From Fimicolochytrium jonesii (lineage: Eukaryota), in the NCBI RefSeq assembly GCF_025526975.1, contig NW_026515673.1, forward strand, positions 744,001-808,000: a DNA stretch of 64,000 nt, in the 5' to 3' direction. The position numbers and the translations under genes were made by a program. Below the pieces are notes generated by a model. That model was not told the DNA's origin. It did no database searches and saw only the letters and a list, made by a program, of their open reading frames with translations. This document shows, piece after piece, positions 50,086 to 58,279 of this stretch. The first letter of the stretch is position 1; each line of letters starts with the position of its first letter.

Positions 50086-53076
50086 CTACCTACGGTTACG
50101 GGAGAATGCGTCTGGTCTGCGGCCATTGCCAAACACCACCGAACGCACAATCGAGAGGAAATTCTTGGTGCTTAGGACGTCCCGATTGTGCACTCTCATC
50201 CGTAGTGGTCGTCTTCCAGGAATCTCAAATGGCGTCCAGTCTTGGTTGATACATTCGGGGTTGGGGCAACCCACCAATCCATGGACGAATTCCATTCTTC
50301 CCTTTCGAGCTTGCCACGGCCGAGGTGACAGCCGGCGTCGGATGTTTTTCTTCACACGCCCGTGGCAGTCTGGGCACACGGAAGACGTTCGATACTCATC
50401 TAGCAAGTAGCATGGGATGCTGTTTCTTGCAAAGAGTGTGCGGAATCTGATTTCCATGATGATGAGTTAGCATATTGAAATACATAAAAAACAATGATGG
50501 TCACTCACCCCTTGGTCTTTGATGACTCCTGAAAGCGCATGGTTTTTCCAGCATCGCTCCAATCACCCAAGATGACCGCAAAATGCTTTCCATACAGGCG
50601 TCGCATGTTCTTGATGAGCTTGGTCTCAGACTTTTGCCGCAGTGAGAACGCCTTGAATCTGCAAGCTACGTGAATCTCATCCTGGTAAAACTCATCCAGG
50701 GCGGGATCTGGGATATGGATGGATGTCAGCCCATGTGTTACCAAAGTTGAAAATCAAAGTTGAAGTAGAACATCATACCCGCATGTAAGTGATCCACAAT
50801 GAACGCTGAGAACGCCTCGATGTTCATGCTCTTGTGCGATGGCATATGTGATTCCATCTCAGCGATGCTGGCATTGATCTTTTGCTCCGTCATGTCTCGT
50901 TGAAAGTACCGAGACTTGGTCTCGACTGCCCGTTGATTGGATGTGTATCTGGTATGGGGTGGTGCATTGTGAGATTACTACTGCCCTGCTGCCCCCGCTG
51001 TCCCTGCTGTCGCCGCTATCCCCGCTGCCCATCATCGGCGACCCCTCAGGCAGAGGTGCAATGATGTGGATGTCAGATAACCATGCCGCTATCCCCGCTG
51101 TCGCCGCCGCTATCCCCGCTGTTGCCGCCGCTATCCCCGCTGTCGCCGCCGCTATCCCCGCTGTCGCCGCCGCTATCCCCGCTGTCCCCGCTGTCCCCGC
51201 TGGCCCCGCTGTCCCCGCTGCCCATCATCGGCGACGCCTCAACCCTCCCCGTCCCCGTTCCCAGGATCCCCTTCGTTTGACATTCTGCAATCAGCTGAAA
51301 CGTACCTAAATGGCCGCCCCTTCTTGATGTCTCGACAGAACAAGAGGGCAGGCTTGCCCGGATCAATGCTGACGATGTTTGGAGCCTCCCTTAGTTCGGC
51401 GATGTGGTGCTCAAAATACAGCTGTTTGACTTCTTCCTGCTTTTGGGCTTTGCTGCGCTTCCGGGCGCGATGGCCGTACTTGAGCCCTGGCTTCTTGAAG
51501 TGGATGGTAGCGGAATACCCGTTTGTGCTGATTGACCCATCAAATTTGAGACCAAGCTTCTTTCGATCCTTGAAGACCTTGTCCTGCAATCCGTCATTCA
51601 GCGAGGTGAGGTGAGTGAAATAAGCGCAGAGGGATAGAGACTTACATTCACGTTGAGAAACTGCCCCCACAGCTCCCGCTTACGTTGATCGGTGAGTTTC
51701 CCCATGCGATGGCAGCCCAAGGCCAGGATATGAGTGGTTAGGATCTTCGTGTCGATCCGAACAGATGACTGGATTCGAGGTTAGCGCAGCGGGATAGCGG
51801 AAAACAGCCGCATTCCACGGCGCTCATAGAGGCATGAGAGCTCACAATAGGCATCTGTGATGAGGCAAGGCAGGTGCGGACCATGATTAGACAAAAGAGG
51901 AACCCGCGGGGAGGGGGGGGACGGAAATATACTAACTCACCTAAATATGGCATTGCGTCCACCGCAAGGCTGTACGCAAGCGGCTCATCCTGGGGAGGAA
52001 ACAGAGCCCATAACTCGTCGAGGACGGTCCGCTCAAGTCGTGTGAGGCGCGCAAGCTCCTCTTCGGTTGGGTACTCTTCAAACGTCGCGTACTTCGTACT
52101 AAATTGACGGACACGAGGATAATAGTGTCGCCGCTGCGCTCTCCGGAGATGCCGTTCGACTTGCTTCAAACCAAGCCTCTCATTGACGTAGCGCAGAAAC
52201 ATTTGCATGAAATGCTCTTGTACATTGACTTTGAGGTTTGTGAAGATGCTGGTAGCCGTGTACGCTGCGGTCTGTTGGCATTTCCGCATGCGGATGGGGG
52301 CAAATCCGTGAACATCACAGTAGTCTTGAACCCATGGATGCAACTCTTGCGCGATGACCGGATTGCCATTGTAGCCTGGATTTTTGAGCAGCTCAAACAC
52401 CACACTGATGTGCTTGTCGGTGATGTCCGGGAAATTGTGTAGAGGATGATCAGCTGTGGTGGGCAGACGCAGTAAGTCAGGGCGCTGTTTCATGGGAAAT
52501 ATACAGCGCAGTGTACCTCAAAAACTCGCCAAGGTAGTACTTGAGAAAAAAGCTGGTGTGGCGCGCAAGGATGTGAACATTGCCGATGGATGCCGTCAGG
52601 CGCTCCCTTTGCTCCCTTTGAGCTTGATTATGGATGATTCGGTGAAGCAAAACCTTGGTGCTGGCGTGTGTCTGCGGGCGGGGTCGTTGAGCTGGTGGTG
52701 GTGGCGGGGGTGGTGGTGGCGGCGGTTCATACACCAGGGGTCCACCCGGTGTACTGGGAAAAAGGAAAGGGATGGGAGCGGGGAGGTTCAACGGGCGCTG
52801 CAGACCCCTGTCCGCGGGTGAAAGCCCTCGCTGCGGCTGCTGCTGCTGCCCGTCTTCATTGCCGGAGCTCTCGCCAACCATGTCTGCAATTGCTTGGGGC
52901 AAGTGGCGTTGGACAGAAGGTGGGAACTCGAATCGCGGGGGCTGCAGTGGTGTCTGCACAGCGGTTGGCAGACGTGGGGTAGCGGGAGTAACCTTCCTCC
53001 TCTTCCGCCGTGGTGGGGTAGCTCCGGTAAAGATGCCACAGCACAGGTGCCCCTGGAGCGCCTGGTGTGCTGGCAT
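50086..53076 (-). pseudogene. Fanzor1 (eukaryotic TnpB-like RNA-guided endonuclease), 7 exons, one in-frame TAA at 51783-51781
   Basis: Exons are (53076 or 52881)-52530, 52453-51941, 51854-51646, 51583-51306, 50948-50779, 50707-50509 and 50446-50086, and they splice in frame (693 aa from ATG 52881). RuvC-I is SIDPG, RuvC-II LLDEYRTS and RuvC-III HNRD. Zn ligands are CPDC and CPNPEC. Other typical motifs: ILGDWS, FRYTSNQR, RIDTKIL, SISTNGYS, and the RRPDAFSR tail. Confidence 0.9.
50985..51241. repeat. GC-rich minisatellite (about 18-nt unit GCCGCCGCTATCCCCGCTGTC-like) plus omegaRNA-like copies inside Fanzor intron 4
   Basis: Tandem units are directly visible at about 51085-51220. The intron 51305-50949 is 357 nt, whereas the other five introns are 62-86 nt. 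Confidence 0.9.
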
Positions 53077-53324
53077 GATGGCTGTGCTGTGCAGGCAAGT
53101 GGTGAGATCAAGGGGACCAAGCAAGGGGCCTGCTCTCAAGGAGGATCCAGGATTTCTGCTTACCTGCGATGTGTTGAAGGCTTTTAGAGATTGGTTGGGG
53201 GCTTGCCTTGATGTGCGAGGGTGGAAGTGTGCGCAATTGTGCGCAATTGTAAGAAGGAGCTCGGTCTCGGTGTGAAAGCAGGTCTGGAATTTGTCTTCTC
53301 GCCTGTGGAGCCGTTCCAGGCCAT

Positions 53325-53658
53325 TAACCCTAACCCTGCCCCGCGCGCTGAAGGCTGTATGTACTGTACACAAGGCCGAGGGTGAAGGCTGTAAGCCCGA
53401 CAGTGAAACCAGTCCGCGCCGTGCAGCGGGCCAGCCTGGCCAGCCAGCCTGGGGACCAGATTGGGGATGGCCAGATTGATATATACCCACCTCTTAATGG
53501 AATTGAGCGTCCGCGTCACAACAGATGTGCCATGTAGCGGGCCAGAGACGCGCCGTCCAGCGGGTCAACCCGGCCAGCCAGCCTCAAAACTTAGGTGGGG
53601 TTAGGGTTAGGCACAGTTGGGGCGCAGTCGTGGCTTGTCTTAGGGTTAGGGTTAGGGT
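53325..53658. promoter_or_regulatory. Divergent promoter region with telomere-type repeats (TAACCCTAACCCT at 53325; TTAGGG tracts at 53591-53612 and 53640-53658)
   Basis: The repeats are directly visible and inverted relative to each other, between two head-to-head genes. An ATATATA element lies near 53479. The regulatory role is inferred. Confidence 0.4.
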
Positions 53659-53817
53659 GGCTGATCGCCGCATCTCCAAGACCACACTCTCCTCCTCTCA
53701 CACGAAACATCAGGCGCTCGCAGCGGACGACAGCCCCCTCACCCCCCTCACCCCCCTGGCCAATGCCCACCTCCTTCCAGCTCAAGCCCGGCAACCCACA
53801 CAGAGCACACATTAAGC

Positions 53818-55595
53818 ATGCTCAGCGCTGACGAGGTGAGTGGCGGGTTTGCAGGCGTGGGCGTCCCCGCTGGGTGTTGACCGCCTGGGCTTGCGGCCCA
53901 TGCTGAGAACAACCGCCGCTTGCGGGAGGTCAACCTGCATGGGCTGCGCTGTCTGGGCGTGCTTGCTTTACGCTGATCTTGTGGCCCATGCTGAGCATGA
54001 CCGCCGCTTGCGGGAGGTCAACCTGCATGGGCTGCACTGTCTGGGCGTGTTTGCTTTACGCTGATCTTTCGGCCCATGCTGAGCACGACCGCCACTTGCG
54101 GGAGGTCGACCTGCATGGGCTGCACTGTCTGGGCGTGTTTGCTTTACGCCGATCTTTCGGCCCATGCTGAGCACGACCGTCGCTTGCGGGAGGTCGACCT
54201 GCATGGGCTGCGCTGTCTGGGCGTGCTTGCCAAGCGCTGATCTTGCGGGCTGAGCTGCTAACACCTTCCCTTCCCCCCTTCCCCTCTACCGCGCCGCAGG
54301 CCACGCCCCCCGTCGCACCCACCGCGATCGAGGCTCTTCTGATGGGCATGGGCAAGAGCCGCGCTACAGCTCTCTTCGGCGACATGGTGGCCTTTTTGTA
54401 TCCGCTGCTGGTAGACGCCGGCCTTGCCGCCCGGGACGCCAGCCTAGAAGACAAGGCCAAGGCGATTAGCCTTCTTTCAAGAAAGATCAAGCAAGACAAC
54501 CCCACCCTTTAGGGTGGGTGGATCAATAGGCCAACGCGGTCCCGTCACCAGAAGAAGCGCGCCAAGCACCACATTGGGCTCCAGTCCGGCATCATCGCCG
54601 CGATCAGCGATGGCAGCCTTACCACGGCCGACTTCTTGGTCGACCCCCAGCCCTCCGCTAGTCGCCCGGCTGCTCACATTGTGCTGCCAACGCCCGCCTC
54701 GTGCGATGGCTGGGAGGGCAAGATGGTCTATGCGGGGTTTGGGAAGAGGCCGGGGAAGGCGAGGGGCCTGGATGGGCTTGAGCGAATTGAACCCTGGGCG
54801 GGGGCCGACATCTACATCCACGACGAGCACGGTGCCCTTGTGGCCACAATCTCGTACAATAGCGCAGGTCGTCGCAAACACAACCTGCGGCTGGGGCTCG
54901 TCGTCGAGTCCTGTGGATCCCGGCCGGCTGTGGTTCGATGGAAGGCCTCAAGGGGCACAATGCACGCCGAGGGGCTTTGTTGTGGCAACAAGAACTCGGG
55001 ATATGCCAGGGGGACATCGCACTATTCAATGAAAGGAGGGGCAGACATGTCCGCAAAGAAGTTTCTCGTCGCCACGGAAAAGGCCTTCACCAAGCCACTG
55101 CTGCAGGAGCTCGCCAAACGCAACCCCACCGTGGCGGCCTCCCTGATGATGGCCATGCCAGAGGTGTACGGGCCAAATTCCGATGAGTTCCCCCTGCTGT
55201 TTGCCACCACCAACTATCAAGTCGTCGTTCAGTCCGACCCGTCGGACGACGGCGTAGCCGGCGAGCTGAACCCGCACACAGGACGCGCCATATGGAAGCT
55301 GACCCCAAAGGAGGAGCTTCCGGAGGAGCTTCAAGCCCGCAAGCTATGCGCATGGGCGGCAGGCTACGCCGCCGCTCCGCCAACCGTCGTCGGCGAGTGG
55401 GTATTTGCGCTGCCAGAGCAAGGCTTCTACTTGGTGCTGCAGCCCGACTGCATGTGGACGTGGATGCCTGACAAGCTCCACGGAACGGAGGTGCTTGACA
55501 CGTCCGGGGGCAGTCGCCACACAGCTGTTGTGAAGCTGTCCCTGGCGCCGGCCGCGGCCATCCGGAAATACGGCCTCCCTAATGAAGATGAATAA
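53818..55595 (+). pseudogene. Tet/JBP-like 2OG-Fe(II) dioxygenase gene (exons 53818-53835 and 54300-55595) with one in-frame TAG at 54510-54512
   Basis: The frame stays open on both sides of the TAG. Motifs GTMHAEG, ATTNYQVVVQSDPSD (HxD position reads QSD), WVFALPEQGFYLVLQPDCMWTW, LHGT and distal R(HTAVV) match the double-stranded beta-helix layout of transposon-associated Tet-like dioxygenases. The intron has a GTGAGT donor, CTAAC branch point and CAG acceptor. Confidence 0.6.
53896..54247. repeat. Four tandem 88-nt repeats, each with internal hairpins, inside the intron of the dioxygenase-like gene
   Basis: GCCCATGCTGAG starts at 53896, 53984, 54072 and 54160, an exact 88-nt period. Confidence 0.95.
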
Positions 55596-55807
55596 CCCGG
55601 CAGTCATCCGTTCGGACCTTTTAGGTTGCCGGTCTAATATATCGCAGCCCTCCGCTCTCTAACTCATCATCCGCTTGGGCCTTTTTGGTCGTCGGCTGTT
55701 AGTGTAGAAATGATTGCAATGTACACAAGTCGCTACCCACGATGGTCTTCTGAAAAGCCTTCCTGAATCACACACTGCGTTCGAAAACTGTTAGAAGCGC
55801 ACGAAGC

Positions 55808-55870
55808 GATTTGGATGAGGGCAGGATCGATTTGGATGAGGGCAGGATCAATTTGGATGAGGGCAGGACA
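55808..55870. repeat. Three tandem 21-nt repeats (GATTTGGATGAGGGCAGGATC)
   Basis: Directly visible. Confidence 0.9.
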
Positions 55871-56672
55871 TCGGGGCCTCAAGTTTCCGCGCCGGCAAGG
55901 CCACTCACCTCGCAATCCTCGGCTACGACACACTGTGGATTCAACGCTGGGGTCGATGGTCTTCCGACGCATTCCAACGGTATATCCGCACACACCTCGG
56001 CGTTCAACTAGCGCTGCGGCAGAATTCCGCTCCTTTTACCAAAGCTGGGGTTGTATATTAGATCTCCTATTATCTGTGGCTCATCTCCGCCCATATTCAT
56101 GTATATTTGCCATTTGCTCAATACACGGCCACTTTGCCCTACTTCACATCTACTTCATATCTACCCAACATCTAGCAACCTCAAACCGGCCTATTCTCTG
56201 CGGCGCCAAGCGCAAACCACGGTGCATAGGCACAAACACGGTCCCCGGGCACTTCCCGGTTTGACGTGCGGGGGACAAATTTCTCCCCAAAATCCATTGA
56301 TGGCTGACTAGTACAGCGTGGGGCGAAAATTGGTCCCCCCGAAAATTGGTCCCCCGGCAATGACATCTCATATTCGCTCTACTTCACATCTGCGTATCCG
56401 GCAACTTGCCTTGGCATCTCACCTCTCATATCGCCGCCATCTTTGGGTCGGACCGCGCACGGGGCTCATTTCTTGAACGCAAATCATCTCTCATATTGTC
56501 ATAAGCATCTTGCCGTGCGTGATCCGGCGTCGTTGGGTCCAAAGATGTGCTGGATCATATGTATTTTTTTATCGTTGTTAATATACGTGTACGCGGCACA
56601 ACCCCTACCCGTACAGCCCCTACATGTACTGCTCCCCCCAATAAACCCCGCGCTCCAATAAAATCTTTCCTC

Positions 56673-57211
56673 TGTTATGGACGACGCGCCCATACCATAA
56701 GCTTACCTACTGACAGCCGCCAATGTCAACCGCCAAATGTCAAACGCCAATGTCAATGTCAATGTCAGTGTCAATGTCAGTGTCAATGTCAATGTCAATG
56801 CCACTCCCCCTCTCTCCTCTCATTTCGCCAATCCTCCCGCAATATCACCACTCCTCCTCTCTCCTCTCATTTCGCCAATCCCCCCTCGGCTTCTCCACAC
56901 CCCCCACTACTTCCCCATAGCCAGCAGCTGTAGCAATGCTCTCTACGCTCGCCACGCACGCTCTAGGAGCATAGCTGGCGCCCCCCCAGTCCCCTCTTGT
57001 TGTTGTTGTTCTCTGATCTGCTGGGTTGCCTATCTATAAATAGCCGGCCTCTCTTCGTCCATTCCCTTCCTCCCCAGCAGATCAACACCAGTTCTTCTCA
57101 TCTCCTGTTCTAGTCCTTGTTTCTTGTTTCGCCAATACAACCTCTTGTCGCCTATCACACTCGCCCTGTCTTCTCTACTTCGCTTCCGCCCCCGTCGTCG
57201 AGATCATAACA
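56673..57211 (+). repeat. 5' LTR of element 1 (539 nt)
   Basis: It starts TGTTATGGACGACGCG, the same start as the LTR of element 2, and ends TAACA. TATAAA is at 57035, and a (TGTCAA/G)n microsatellite is at about 56750-56800. Confidence 0.88.
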
Positions 57212-57280
57212 GTTTGATCTGCTCCAACACTGCGAAGTTCAGATCCTGTCCAGCCCTGCATCCGACAAACCTTTTTCGCC

Positions 57281-58279
57281 ATGTCCCAACCCGGATCTGT
57301 ACCTTTCACCGCCAAGCAATGGAACGATATGTGCCAAGCCATCGCCGCCTTGGAAAGCCAAAACGCCAACTTGCAGGCCAACCTAGCGCAGGCCCAAGCC
57401 GACGCACAAGCTGCCCAGAGCATCGCCGCCCAGGTTCAAGCTGATACGTACACCCGTCCCCAAGTCGCCAACCCTGCTCTGGAGCCAAGAATCAGCTCGC
57501 CCAAGAAGTTTGATGGTACCCGCAGGAAATCCCGTGGGTGGTTGAACAACATCCGGTTGATGTTTGCTCTCCAGCCCGACCGCTACCCCAGCGACATCAT
57601 CAAGATCCAAACGATTGGCACCTACCTCACCGGCACTGCGCAAGCCTGGATGGCGCCCCTAGTCGAACGCCAAGATCACAGCCTTCAGGACTTTGATAGT
57701 TTTATCAGTCAGATGCAATCGGTCTTCGGAGACAGCGACAGGGTCTGCACCTCTGAAAACAAGCTCCAGAACCTTCGCCAAACCCGTGCAGCAACCGAGT
57801 ACGTTGCTGAGTTCCGCCAGCTACAATGCGATGTCTCCTGGAACGACCAGGCCCTGATTGCTACCTTCCGCCGTGGCCTAAAAGAAGACGTCAAAGACCT
57901 GATGCTCACAATGCCCCCTGCGGCCACCATTGATGTGTTGATGGAGCAGGCTATCCAGTGCGATAACCGGCTGTTTGAGCGCCGCCTGGAGCGAAACAGA
58001 AGCCGCCAGACCTTCCCGGTTCCCCATACCTTGTTTACTACTACCACCACTGTCGACCACAGCGAGCCTATGCAGATTGACGCCGCTCGTCCCCGCGGCC
58101 CTCTGAGCCCTCAGGAACGCCAACGCCGCATTTCCAACAAACTCTGCCTTTACTGCGGTGGCGCGGGGCACATTGCAAAAGTCTGCCCCGTCAAGAACAA
58201 GACCACCACCCGTGCCGCCAACGTCGACATCAAAGAACCCTCCACCAAACAGGGTTTTCCCAAAGTCCAGCCGCAGTAA
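57281..58279 (+). CDS. gag: Retrotransposon Gag (Tf1/sushi/PEG10-like capsid plus zinc knuckle)
   Basis: PKKFDG, LTGTAQAW, LRQT..YVAEF, EPMQID and CLYCGGAGHIAKVC are present. Confidence 0.93.
   Translation: MSQPGSVPFTAKQWNDMCQAIAALESQNANLQANLAQAQADAQAAQSIAAQVQADTYTRPQVANPALEPRISSPKKFDGTRRKSRGWLNNIRLMFALQPDRYPSDIIKIQTIGTYLTGTAQAWMAPLVERQDHSLQDFDSFISQMQSVFGDSDRVCTSENKLQNLRQTRAATEYVAEFRQLQCDVSWNDQALIATFRRGLKEDVKDLMLTMPPAATIDVLMEQAIQCDNRLFERRLERNRSRQTFPVPHTLFTTTTTVDHSEPMQIDAARPRGPLSPQERQRRISNKLCLYCGGAGHIAKVCPVKNKTTTRAANVDIKEPSTKQGFPKVQPQ

Noticed and set aside
51763..51785. Extra intron removing the Fanzor TAA (CTAAC...CAG looks like a branch point and acceptor)
   Set aside because: The sequence immediately upstream encodes the conserved FSAIPLR motif and offers no suitable donor, so a nonsense mutation is more parsimonious.
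53591..53658. True chromosome end or telomere fusion
   Set aside because: Only 2-3 repeat units per tract, interrupted, with unique sequence continuing on both sides.
53896..54247. CRISPR array
   Set aside because: Units are near-identical along their whole 88 nt with no unique spacers, and the context is eukaryotic with no cas genes.
54510..54512. Stop-codon reassignment (TAG/TAA read as sense)
   Set aside because: Host genes in the window end normally in TAA, TAG and TGA, and only one internal stop occurs per element gene.
56750..56800. (CQ)n / (VN)n peptide repeat ORFs
   Set aside because: These are translations of a hexanucleotide microsatellite within the LTR U3 region.
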